Of a stretch of 64,000 nt of DNA, positions 11,816 through 20,531 are shown piece after piece. The DNA is from Amoebophilaceae bacterium (GTDB lineage Bacteria > Bacteroidota > Bacteroidia > Cytophagales > Amoebophilaceae). The first letter of the stretch is position 1. Every line of letters begins with the position of its first letter. The translations under genes and the position numbers were made by a program. Under the pieces are notes generated by a model. It ran no database searches. It had not been told where the DNA came from and saw only the letters and a list, made by a program, of their open reading frames with translations. The stretch covers positions 301,817-365,816 of the forward strand of contig OZ254961.1 in the NCBI GenBank assembly GCA_965275955.1. The letters run 5' to 3'.

Positions 11816-12778
11816 CTAGCCTTTACTTGTACCGGCTACCACGCCCATCTTACAGAACTTGGCTATGCGTTGCTCAGTGCGTTGTTCAGGAGAGAGCTTA
11901 TGGAGTGCCTTAAGTTGCTGCAGGATTTCACGCTTGACCGTCTCTGCTACCCCTGGGACATCTCTGTGTGCCCCTCCCAAAGGCTCTGGGATAATGCCAT
12001 CGATCAATTTGTTGGCTAGCATGTCTTTGGCAGTCAATTGGAGCACCTCAGCGGCTTGTTCCTTGTAGTCCCAGCTTTTCCAAAGGATCGAAGAGCACGA
12101 TTCAGGGGAAATCACCGAGTACCAGGTATTTTCTAGCATCAGCACCCGATCTCCGACAGCCATACCCAACGCGCCTCCAGAAGCGCCTTCGCCAATGATG
12201 ATGCAGATAACAGGCACACGGAGGCCAAACATGGCCTGGATATTGTGGGCAATGGCCTCGGCCTGCCCATGCTCTTCTGCTTCCAAACCAGGATAGGCAC
12301 CTGGCGTATCAATGAGGGTGACAATAGGTTTGTTAAACTTCTCTGCTAGCTTCATGAGACGCAGGGCTTTTCTGTATCCCTCTGGACTGGCCATGCCAAA
12401 ATTACGCATCTGGCGCTCCTTGGTATTTCTACCTTTCTGGTGTCCTATAAACATGATGGCCTCTCCTGCGACCTTGCCCAGCCCGCCTACAATTGCCTTA
12501 TCATCGCCCATAGCCCGGTCTCCATGCAGTGCAATGAACTCCTCGGTCATGTGCTGGATATAGTTAAGCGTGTACGGCCGGTCAACATGGCGTGATAGCT
12601 GGACGCGTTGCCAGCGGGTTAGGCTTTGCAAGGTGGCTACTTGTAGCGCCCTGATCTGCTGCTCTAGCTTCTGAATGGCTTGCATCAAGTTGCCTGCCTT
12701 TTTCTGGGCAGCTTTTTCCTTCATAGTAGCCAGCTTTTCTTCGAGCTGCGCAATAGGTTTCTCAAATTCTAGGAGCAT
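11816..12778 (-). CDS. accA: Acetyl-CoA carboxylase carboxyltransferase alpha subunit
   Basis: [16 protein letters not shown] is the typical AccA N-terminus. Also has [11 protein letters not shown] and [11 protein letters not shown]. The ATG at 12778 is preferred because a TAnnTTTG-type -7 box (12799-12806) lies inside the longer ORF that starts at 12814. Confidence 0.92.
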   Translation of the reverse strand: MLLEFEKPIAQLEEKLATMKEKAAQKKAGNLMQAIQKLEQQIRALQVATLQSLTRWQRVQLSRHVDRPYTLNYIQHMTEEFIALHGDRAMGDDKAIVGGLGKVAGEAIMFIGHQKGRNTKERQMRNFGMASPEGYRKALRLMKLAEKFNKPIVTLIDTPGAYPGLEAEEHGQAEAIAHNIQAMFGLRVPVICIIIGEGASGGALGMAVGDRVLMLENTWYSVISPESCSSILWKSWDYKEQAAEVLQLTAKDMLANKLIDGIIPEPLGGAHRDVPGVAETVKREILQQLKALHKLSPEQRTEQRIAKFCKMGVVAGTSKG

Positions 12779-12873
12779 AGGTAAAGTGTTTAGCGCCCCA
12801 AAAATAAATTTCATTGAACCACTAAGCTAGCCGCTCTGTTGTAAAATCAACAACAGATAATTGATAAGTATGC

Positions 12874-12903
12874 TTGCAAATCATCGCCAAGCCGCTAATT
12901 TTG
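12874..12903 (+). promoter_or_regulatory. Bacteroidota-type sigma-A promoter upstream of the tRNA-Asp/tRNA-Arg pair
   Basis: TTG (12874-12876), a 19-nt spacer, then TAATTTTG (12896-12903). This matches the -33 TTG / -7 TAnnTTTG consensus and lies ~47 nt upstream of tRNA-Asp. Confidence 0.5.
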
Positions 12904-12949
12904 CCAGCCCTGTTAGTACGGTTATAGCCTATAGGCACCTATTAACGCC

Positions 12950-13024
12950 GGTCCGGTAGTTCAGTTTGGTTAGAATGCCTGCCTGTCACGCAGGAGGTCG
13001 CGGGTTCAAGTCCCGTCCGGACCG
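12950..13024 (+). tRNA. tRNA-Asp (GTC)
   Basis: 75-nt cloverleaf: GGTCCGG-TA-GTTC..GAAT-G-CCTGC-CTGTCAC-GCAGG-AGGTC-GCGGG-TTCAAGT-CCCGT-CCGGACC-G. No CCA is encoded. Confidence 0.93.
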
Positions 13025-13057
13025 CTTATTTACGCTCCCTGACCCACGTCCTAGCTT

Positions 13058-13131
13058 GGTTCCGTAGCTCAACTGGATAGAGCAACTGCCTTCTAAGCAG
13101 TAGGTTCCAGGTTCGAGTCCTGGCGGAATCA
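13058..13131 (+). tRNA. tRNA-Arg (TCT)
   Basis: 74-nt cloverleaf: GGTTCCG-TA-GCTC..GAGC-A-ACTGC-CTTCTAA-GCAGT-AGGTT-CCAGG-TTCGAGT-CCTGG-CGGAATC-A. Confidence 0.92.
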
Positions 13132-13522
13132 CTGCCCTTCATTGGATGATCATCAATGATTGACGGAGAAAACAGGTACTCAGAGAAAACTTAAAAAATC
13201 TCTGGTTGATCTATAGTTTACAAAAGTAGGTTTTCAGGGACCTTGCACAAAGGGCCCACAGCAAAACCACGCTGTGCATCTAAGCCCGTTCTGCCAAGGA
13301 AGCTTACACCAAGGCTTGTGCCAACAGCAAAGACATTCCTGCTTGTGCTGACTCCGCATTCATGGTGATATGGCGAATCTGTATTTTGCACTTAGCAACT
13401 ACCAATGCAATAGTGCTACTCCTCTGTCAGCTTAACGCTGCTCGAGAGGGATAAACCCTAGCTACCAAGCTTCTTGACTCCATCAAGGGTTTATACCCTG
13501 GCAAGGCTAAACCGGGATAGGG

Positions 13523-13562
13523 TACACAAAGCCGCTTCCCTCCCAGGAAGCGGCTTTGTGTA
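13523..13562. terminator. Perfect 17-bp hairpin between the tRNA pair (+) and dnaK (-), probably a bidirectional terminator
   Basis: TACACAAAGCCGCTTCC-CTCCCA-GGAAGCGGCTTTGTGTA. It lies 22 nt past the dnaK stop codon. Confidence 0.6.
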
Positions 13563-13584
13563 CCCTTTGCGCAGAGATGTTACC

Positions 13585-15489
13585 TTATTCCTTTACTTCT
13601 TCATACTCTGCCTCAGCAGGCTCAGTATCGTTACGCTCTTTGTTGGTCTCTCCTGACTGCGGGGCACCTTCTGTAGCTTGTTGCGCAGCCTGGTACATTT
13701 CCTGCGAAGACCGTTGCCAAGCTTGGTTCAGCGTTTCTATGGCCTGGTCAATGGCTGTTAAATCTTGGGCCTGGTGCGCCTTTTTCAAATCAGCCAAGGC
13801 CCCTTCAATCGCCTTTTTGTTGTCTGCAGAAATCTTTTCCCCAAACTCCTTCAGCTGCTTTTCTGTCTGGAAGATCTGCGCGTCAGCAGCGTTCATCTTG
13901 TCGATGCGCTCTCTTTCTTTTTTGTCTGTTGCTGCATTGGCTTCTGCTTCCTTTTTCATCTTGTCGATTTCCTCTTCTGTCAGCCCTGAAGAAGCCTCAA
14001 TGCGGATCTGCTGCTCTTTGCCTGTGCCTTTGTCTTTGGCAGAGACGTTCAGAATCCCATTGGCATCAATGTCAAACTTGACTTCAATCTGCGGTACGCC
14101 TCGCGGGGCAGGTGCAATGCCATCAAGATGGAATTTACCAATGCTCCGGTTGTCTTTGGCCATAGGCCGCTCACCTTGTAACACATGAATGTCTACAGAG
14201 GGCTGGTTGTTAGCAGCTGTAGAGAAAATCTGCGACTTATCCGTAGGGATGGTAGTGTTGGCTTCAATAAGCTTGGTCAATACGCCACCCATTGTTTCGA
14301 TCCCTAAGGAAAGTGGCGTGACATCAAGAAGCAATACATCTTTGACTTCGCCAGTCAATACGCCCCCTTGGATAGCGGCCCCTACCGCTACCACTTCGTC
14401 TGGGTTGACGCCTTTAGAGGCTTTTTGGGCAAAGAATTTTTCTACTTCTTCTTGAATTTTAGGGATGCGGGTAGACCCCCCTACTAAGATGACCTCGTCG
14501 ATGTCTGTAGTCTTGAGTTGAGCATCGTTAAGGGCCTTTTTGCAGGGCTCCAGCGTTCTCTTGACTAAGTCGTCAACCAACTGCTCAAAGTGCGCTCTGG
14601 TTAGCGTTTTGACCAAGTGCTTGGGCATGCCGTCTACGGGCATAATGTACGGCAAATTGATCTCTGTGCTGGTGGTGCTGGATAGTTCGATCTTGGCTTT
14701 TTCAGCTGCTTCTTTGAGGCGTTGCAACGCAGTGGGGTCTTTTTTCAGGTCTAGCCCTTCCTCTTGCTGAAAGGTAGCTGCCAACCAGGCAATGATTTTC
14801 TGGTCAAAGTCATCCCCCCCTAGATGTACATCGCCATTGGTGGACTTGACCTCGAAGACGCCGTCGCCTAGCTCTAGGATAGAGATATCAAACGTACCTC
14901 CCCCTAAGTCAAAGACTGCAATCTTCATGTCCTTGTTCTTCTTGTCCAGCCCATAAGCCAGGGCTGCTGCCGTGGGCTCGTTGATGATACGCTTCACGTC
15001 CAGGCCCGCAATCTTACCTGCTTCTTTGGTAGCTTGGCGTTCAGCATCGTTGAAATAGGCAGGCACAGTAATAACGGCTTCTTTGACTGCTGTACCTAGG
15101 TAATCTTCGGCTGTTGACTTCATTTTCTGTAAAATCATGGCTGAGACCTCCTGAGGCGCATACATCCGGTCACCGATCTTGATGCGGACGGTGTCATTTT
15201 GGCCTTTTTCTATTTTATAAGGCACCTCCTTGATCTCCTCTCCTACTTCAAGGTATTTTTTACCCATGAAACGCTTGACAGAGCCAATGGTATTGTGAGG
15301 GTTGGTAATAGCCTGGCGCTTGGCAGGGTCTCCTATCTTGCGTTCACCTTTGCCTTCATTTAAAAAAGCGACTATCGACGGGGTAGTTCTTTTCCCCTCG
15401 CTATTAGCAATGACAACGGGCTCGTTCCCTTCCATTACTGCCACGCAAGAGTTGGTAGTTCCTAGGTCAATTCCAATGATTTTTCCCAT
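13585..15489 (-). CDS. dnaK: Molecular chaperone DnaK (Hsp70)
   Basis: 634 aa. Contains [25 protein letters not shown] and [14 protein letters not shown]. Confidence 0.97.
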   Translation of the reverse strand: MGKIIGIDLGTTNSCVAVMEGNEPVVIANSEGKRTTPSIVAFLNEGKGERKIGDPAKRQAITNPHNTIGSVKRFMGKKYLEVGEEIKEVPYKIEKGQNDTVRIKIGDRMYAPQEVSAMILQKMKSTAEDYLGTAVKEAVITVPAYFNDAERQATKEAGKIAGLDVKRIINEPTAAALAYGLDKKNKDMKIAVFDLGGGTFDISILELGDGVFEVKSTNGDVHLGGDDFDQKIIAWLAATFQQEEGLDLKKDPTALQRLKEAAEKAKIELSSTTSTEINLPYIMPVDGMPKHLVKTLTRAHFEQLVDDLVKRTLEPCKKALNDAQLKTTDIDEVILVGGSTRIPKIQEEVEKFFAQKASKGVNPDEVVAVGAAIQGGVLTGEVKDVLLLDVTPLSLGIETMGGVLTKLIEANTTIPTDKSQIFSTAANNQPSVDIHVLQGERPMAKDNRSIGKFHLDGIAPAPRGVPQIEVKFDIDANGILNVSAKDKGTGKEQQIRIEASSGLTEEEIDKMKKEAEANAATDKKERERIDKMNAADAQIFQTEKQLKEFGEKISADNKKAIEGALADLKKAHQAQDLTAIDQAIETLNQAWQRSSQEMYQAAQQATEGAPQSGETNKERNDTEPAEAEYEEVKE

Positions 15490-15810
15490 GTTGCTGGTGT
15501 TCGGTTGAGTTGCGAAGTAAGTTATGTTATCTGAATACTATGCATAGCAAGCCCTGTGCCAGGCTTAGCGAGCTAGCGGCTTGGTGTCATTTTGGCACAT
15601 GGGCAAACGTGATAAAATTTAAGATCAGACTAGGAGGAGTAACTTGGGAGCAGATATCATTGCTACCTGGCCCAACAGGGTCTATATCAGTTTTGACATT
15701 GATGGGTGGGATGCCAAGCTTTGCCCTGGCACAGGTACGCCTGTACTCGACGACCTTGATTTTGATGAAGTGTGATGATGAGCGCTAGCTAGGGCAAGCT
15801 TACTAGCTAG

Positions 15811-16473
15811 TTACTGCTTGGCTGCAAAGGCAAAGCGCAAGTACTTGATGGTAGCCCCTTGTGCTAAGAACTGTTGCTCATAGGCCGTCTGGATGCCATG
15901 GTGCGCTGCTAGCCATTCAGATTGGTACAAATCTTCTGTATACACCAAGTTAGTGATAGCGTGTGTGCTTAATACCTCCAGGGTGTAAGCAAAAAGCGTA
16001 GCATCGTCTGTTTTGAGGTGTATCCACCCGCCTGGATACAGCAGCTTGCGGTAAAGCGCTAGAAACTTAGGGCTAGTGAGTCGGCGCTTGGCATCCCGGT
16101 CACGAGGACGAGGATCTGGAAAGGGAATATAAAACTCGCTCACTTCTCCTGGGGCAAAAAGCTGAGCTAGCTGCTCAATCTTGGTGCGTAAGAAAGCCAC
16201 GTTGTGGAGTTCATGGGCCAAAGCCGCTGTACTGCCTACCCACAGCCGTGCTCCTTTGATGTCTACCCCTACAAAATTTTTACTCGGAAACTGCTGGGCT
16301 AAGCCCAAAGCATAGGCCCCCTTGCCACAGCCCAGTTCTACCGCTAGATCATGCGCATTATGAAAGTAGGCTGTGCGCCAATGGCCCTGGATGTGTTCAT
16401 AAAGCGGCTTTCCTGGCTCTATGACATTGGGTCGTTGGGCATTGGCTGCAAAACGCTGAAGCTTTTTCCTCAT
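15811..16473 (-). CDS. trmB: tRNA (guanine-N7)-methyltransferase TrmB
   Basis: SAM-binding VELGCGKGAY, plus FYIPFPDPRPR and RRLTSPKFL. The ATG at 16473 (MRKKLQRFA) is preferred over 16512. Confidence 0.85.
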   Translation of the reverse strand: MRKKLQRFAANAQRPNVIEPGKPLYEHIQGHWRTAYFHNAHDLAVELGCGKGAYALGLAQQFPSKNFVGVDIKGARLWVGSTAALAHELHNVAFLRTKIEQLAQLFAPGEVSEFYIPFPDPRPRDRDAKRRLTSPKFLALYRKLLYPGGWIHLKTDDATLFAYTLEVLSTHAITNLVYTEDLYQSEWLAAHHGIQTAYEQQFLAQGATIKYLRFAFAAKQ

Positions 16474-16535
16474 CGTTGTTATGTCATACGCTCGGCATGC
16501 CAGCACTCCCATTGCTATTCCTTCCCCCGTTTCTC

Positions 16536-16631
16536 CCCCCGAACGCAGTGGAGAATCTCACTGAGCGGGTCACTAGGGAGAGATGCTTCATCGCCCCTTG
16601 GCTATGCTCAGACCAAGATTCGGCATGATAA
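16536..16631 (-). repeat. Copy A of the intergenic palindromic repeat family
   Basis: The reverse complement TTATCATGCCGAATCTTGGTCTGAGCATAGCCAAGGGGCGATGAAG aligns at ~64% over 50 nt by hand with copy B (TTGTCACTCCGAGCTTTGCCCTGAGCAGAGCGAAGGAGTAGCGAAG). It has internal CTGAGC/GCTCAG and CCGAA/TTCGG pairings and lies in the pckA-trmB spacer. Confidence 0.55.
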
Positions 16632-16682
16632 GTGGGGGATCAATAAGCCACTAAACAAATAGACAATAAACAGATAACTAGA

Positions 16683-18290
16683 TCACTCAATGAAATTAGG
16701 ACCTCCAGCCCGTATCTCCTGGTTCGCGAAGTCTTCGTATTGCTTAAAGTTATGAGCAAAGGCCTGGGCCAGCGTCTGGGCTTGCGCCGTGTAGGCCGCT
16801 GGATCCTGCCAAGTGCTACTAGGGTTGAGCAGTGTGGCTGGTATTCCCGGGCAGGTGGTAGGCATGGCTACCCCAAAGACAGGATGCTGGATGTAGGGGG
16901 CTTGGTCCAGCGTGCCATATAGGGCAGCGTTAATCATAGTACGTGTATGGGCCAGTTGCATGCGCTCTCCTACGCCATAGCCCCCTCCTACCCAGCCTGT
17001 ATTTACTAGCCATACAGAGACTTCATGAGCTTCCATCTTCTGACCGAGCATGGTTGCATATTGGGTAGGATGTAAAGGCAAAAAGGCAGTGCTAAAGCAA
17101 GCTGAGAAAACCACCTGAGGGGCTGTAATACCTACCTCAGTTCCAGCTAATTTGGCTGTATAGCCTGCTATAAAGTGATACATGGCTTGGCCCTTGCTCA
17201 GCTTAGCTATGGGGGGCAAGACTCCGTGTGCATCGCACGTCAAAAAGAAAATATGCTTGGGAGTCCCTCCTAAAGAGGGGGTTACTGCATTGGGGATGTA
17301 CTCAATAGGATAGGCGCTCCGTGTATTCTCTGTGATGCTCGCATCGGCATAGTCTACCTCACGCGTACCTGGTATGAAGCCTATATTCTCTAGAATAGTC
17401 CCAAATCTAATGGCTCGGAAGATCTGAGGCTCTTTTTCTAGCGATAGGTCAATGGTCTTGGCATAACATCCTCCTTCAAAATTGAAAATGCCTTGGTCGC
17501 ACCACCCATGCTCATCATCACCAATCAGCCGTCGTTGGGGATCAGCAGAGAGCGTTGTTTTACCTGTGCCTGACAAGCCAAAGAAAATCGCTGTATCCCC
17601 TTCAGGCCCTACGTTGGCTGCACAGTGCATGGGAAAGACCCTGTGCTTGTGAGGCAACAAGTAATTGAGCACTGTAAAAATGGCTTTTTTGATTTCACCT
17701 GCATAGCCTGTGCCGCCAATCAAGATCACCTGCTGGCTGAGGTTGATGATCGTGAAGTTAGCCTGACGCGTACCATCTGTAGCAGGGTCTGCTTGGAACT
17801 CTGGTACATTGATAATAGTGAACTCAGGCGAGCAATCTGGCCAGGCGTCTAGAGCAGGCCGTAGAAAGAGGTTATGGCAAAAAAGGTTGTGCCAGGCTAC
17901 GGTATTGACAACCCGAATGGGTAGGCGGTAGGCAGGCAAGGCACTGGCATAGGCATCGCGGATGTAGACTTTTTTGCCTTGGAGGAATCTTGTGACCTTT
18001 TGGTACAGGGCCTCGAACTGCGCTGGCGCTAGCGGTGTGTTGATGGGTCCCCACCAAACTGTGCCCTGTGTTTCTTCATCCTGCACGATGAACTTATCCC
18101 GTGGCGACCGGCCTGTAACCCTCCCTGTGTTGCATACCAAGGCTCCTTCTTGGGAAAGTAGCCCTTCTTTGCGTTGAATAGCTTCCTCTATGAGTGCGGC
18201 TGAGCTCAGTTGCCAATAGGCTTCTCCTATTTGCGTCAATCCCATCTTAGCCAGCCATGACGCTCTAGCCTTTTCTTGCGATTGCTGCAT
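16683..18290 (-). CDS. pckA: Phosphoenolpyruvate carboxykinase (ATP)
   Basis: 535 aa. Kinase-1a FFGLSGTGKTTLS, plus LIGDDEHGW and GCYAKTI. Confidence 0.95.
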   Translation of the reverse strand: MQQSQEKARASWLAKMGLTQIGEAYWQLSSAALIEEAIQRKEGLLSQEGALVCNTGRVTGRSPRDKFIVQDEETQGTVWWGPINTPLAPAQFEALYQKVTRFLQGKKVYIRDAYASALPAYRLPIRVVNTVAWHNLFCHNLFLRPALDAWPDCSPEFTIINVPEFQADPATDGTRQANFTIINLSQQVILIGGTGYAGEIKKAIFTVLNYLLPHKHRVFPMHCAANVGPEGDTAIFFGLSGTGKTTLSADPQRRLIGDDEHGWCDQGIFNFEGGCYAKTIDLSLEKEPQIFRAIRFGTILENIGFIPGTREVDYADASITENTRSAYPIEYIPNAVTPSLGGTPKHIFFLTCDAHGVLPPIAKLSKGQAMYHFIAGYTAKLAGTEVGITAPQVVFSACFSTAFLPLHPTQYATMLGQKMEAHEVSVWLVNTGWVGGGYGVGERMQLAHTRTMINAALYGTLDQAPYIQHPVFGVAMPTTCPGIPATLLNPSSTWQDPAAYTAQAQTLAQAFAHNFKQYEDFANQEIRAGGPNFIE

Positions 18291-18470
18291 TACTGTTTGG
18301 TTTCATTCAGGCCGACAAAATTAGGGCAATTGGACCCAACTTACAAAGGAGCATAGCTCCCTGAGAGAGCTTGGAGCAGTTGCTGTTGTGCAAAACGAGA
18401 GCACCGCGCCTTATTGGGGCGTGCCCAACGGCTGTCAGGCTTTTAGCAGCGCTTGGTTGTGCTTCTGCGG

Positions 18471-19052
18471 TTAATTTCTTCTCTGAGTAAAGCAAGCTTG
18501 TTCATAGTCTTCTTGTGCCACGACCTGCTGGAGTATTTTCTTGAGGGCTGTTACAGAGTAGTCTTGGAGATGCTTGGTTGAAAAAGACTGGGAATTACCG
18601 GGCGTTGCTGCCCTTGCAGAAACAAGGGGAACCGGCTGACTGGGTGCCATGAGCAGGTAGGCCTCATCTAGTAAGGGCTCATAGATGTACAGTGCAGCAG
18701 CAAAACGCAGCGCCAGGGCAATGCCATCAGAAGGACGTGTATCTACGGTCAGGGTTGTCGCTCCATCACTTAGGGTCATCTGTGCAAAGAAGACATCGTT
18801 CCTCCGGTCTGTAATCAGCACTTCTTGCACTCTATAGGCCAACTGTATGAGTACTTCTTTGAAAAGGTCGTGGGTGATCGGGCGTTCCAGCTGGTCCTCC
18901 TCAAGCGCCAGGGCAATGGCCTGGGCTTCGAGTGTGCCTAAGAGCATGGGCAAATACCGGGGCCCTGCTGTTTCGCCCAGCAGCAACGTAAAAACATCTT
19001 CGCACAAAGGGCTCGGAGCAAGGCTTAAGACATCGAGGCGTACTTTTTCCAC
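18471..19052 (-). CDS. Bifunctional nuclease family protein (DUF151) with a C-terminal UVR-like motif
   Basis: 193 aa. LPMLLGTLEAQAIALAL..RPITHDLF and VDTRPSDGIALALR are typical of the BFN family. The C-terminal LKKILQQVVAQEDYEQA resembles a UvrB/C motif. Confidence 0.75.
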   Translation of the reverse strand: MEKVRLDVLSLAPSPLCEDVFTLLLGETAGPRYLPMLLGTLEAQAIALALEEDQLERPITHDLFKEVLIQLAYRVQEVLITDRRNDVFFAQMTLSDGATTLTVDTRPSDGIALALRFAAALYIYEPLLDEAYLLMAPSQPVPLVSARAATPGNSQSFSTKHLQDYSVTALKKILQQVVAQEDYEQACFTQRRN

Positions 19053-19213
19053 GGGCTTGAAGGGGTGCGTGCTTGCTTATGCAAAATGCTGAATTGGCTG
19101 GTCAATTCCAATCCAAGAAGACACTATAGCTTGACTGCAAGCGCATTTTTTTTTAGCATGGATGGGCCTAGGGTAAAATAGGTGCCTGGGCCATCTTCTA
19201 AAAGCTAGCAGCA

Positions 19214-19771
19214 ATGAATATACTGCGTTGGTTGGCGAGGCAGCTCTTTTGGGCCCTTGGCTGGAAGTTGGTAGGAGATATTCCCCCCCACATCCAACAA
19301 GGTGTGATTGTGGTAGCCCCCCACACCAGCAACTGGGATGGCTTTTATGGATTATTGTTTTGCTTTATCAAAAAGCTACCTATCAGGTTTGTCATCAAAA
19401 AAGAAGCCATGTTTTTCCCACTGGGCCTTTTGCTCAAAAGGTTAGGGGCTGTTCCTATTGACCGAAAAAAGAAAAATCAGCGTATGATCCAGGTCATGAC
19501 CGCTATGTTCCAACAGCAGGCGCCCTTGATGCTGATCATCACTCCAGAGGGTACTAGAAGCCGTGTGATGCGCTGGAAGCTGGGCTTTTATCACATAGCG
19601 CAACAGGCCCAAGTACCTATCGTGCTTGGCTACTTGGATTACGCCCAGAAGCAACTTGGTTTGGGGCCTGTGTTTTATCCTACAGGTGCCTTGGAGGAGG
19701 ACTTACAGCAGATCCAGGTATTTTACAAAGACAAGGTGGGCAAGTATCCAGCGCAGGGGATGCAGTTGTAG
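19214..19771 (+). CDS. 1-acyl-sn-glycerol-3-phosphate acyltransferase family protein
   Basis: 185 aa. HX4D motif [11 protein letters not shown] and the downstream ITPEGTRS block. Confidence 0.8.
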   Translation: MNILRWLARQLFWALGWKLVGDIPPHIQQGVIVVAPHTSNWDGFYGLLFCFIKKLPIRFVIKKEAMFFPLGLLLKRLGAVPIDRKKKNQRMIQVMTAMFQQQAPLMLIITPEGTRSRVMRWKLGFYHIAQQAQVPIVLGYLDYAQKQLGLGPVFYPTGALEEDLQQIQVFYKDKVGKYPAQGMQL

Positions 19772-19802
19772 GGGTATCGCTGCGACTGTCCCCGCACCAT
19801 GT

Positions 19803-19941
19803 GCTACGTCAACAGCGCGGCCGTTTTTGGGCAAGTCTCTGATGTGGCCGTTGCAAGAGGCCACCTGGTAGTCAGCCCCTAAGTATCCTTCTATGGTCTT
19901 GGCCTTGGCAGGTGACTCTACGATAACCAGGTTTTTGGGCA
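19803..19941 (-). pseudogene. topA: Orphan 5' fragment of DNA topoisomerase I (first ~46 codons only)
   Basis: [46 protein letters not shown] is the start of the TopA TOPRIM domain. Similarity ends about 30 nt before the convergent plsC-family stop codon, and the frame then runs into that gene. Confidence 0.75.
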
Positions 19942-20147
19942 TGTTTTCTGCGCTTTCCGTGAATATCCATGCTTTCAATAAAAAAGCAAAGCTGGGCAAG
20001 ACGTGTATGTATTTTACATGGGCAGCCAGGCTGGCACCTACTTGACACCTTTCGATGTCTGTAGCCCGGCGAATCAGGGCCTGAGTTGTCAACTTAGGAC
20101 AGCCTAGGTAGTGTACGCCCTACTTAATGAGGCGCTCTGCGCAGCAC

Positions 20148-20528
20148 CTACGCACACAACCTGCTTAACTCCTCTACCACCCCTTTCAGCCCTAGCCGAG
20201 CTGCCAGTGGCACATAAAACTGCATCGTCTCCTTGGCAATCTGCTTTTGCTTGACTAGGGACGAATGCCCATCAATCGTACGCATGTTATGCACGCGGTC
20301 GGCTAACTTCACATACAAACCTCGCCTGTTCCTTGTTCGCTCCGACATCTTTAAGTTCTCTTCCTGTGAGAGCTTGATCTTGTAGAGGCTACCCTCTAAG
20401 CGCTGCAAGTGCGTCACCATGTCTACCACTGCAGCGGTATCTTCCCCAAAAACCATCTCGATATGCTGCAGCAGTATCGAGGTATCTTCTACCGTGTCAT
20501 GAAGCAGTGCCCCTTGGCTGGTGCCCTG
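20148..20528 (-). pseudogene. Orphan internal fragment of a RelA/SpoT-type HD (ppGpp hydrolase) domain
   Basis: ALLHDTVEDT..FGEDTAAVVDMVTHL..QEENLKM..YVKLADRVHNMRTI..IAKETMQFYVPLAARLG covers only about residues 75-195 of an RSH protein. The N-terminal His motif and the synthetase, TGS and ACT regions are absent. The only available start is a TTG directly after the upstream TAG. Confidence 0.65.
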
Positions 20529-20531
20529 CAA

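Noticed and set aside
13556-14188. 210-aa ORF antisense to the dnaK 3' end.
   Set aside because: The translation is a Ser/Ala/Cys-rich low-complexity product. Long antisense frames in hsp70 genes are a known codon-bias artefact, and there is no start or promoter context.
15597-15623. Sigma-32-like motif on the minus strand upstream of dnaK (CTTAAA-N13-GCCCATGT, compared with CTTGAA-N13-15-CCCCATNT).
   Set aside because: The resemblance is partial. RpoH-type promoters are a proteobacterial feature, whereas this sequence looks Bacteroidota-like. I could not find a CIRCE element either. It is left unannotated.
15510-15788. 92-aa ORF in the dnaK-trmB spacer.
   Set aside because: It has a non-ATG start, a Cys/Trp-rich implausible translation, and occupies the expected dnaK promoter region.
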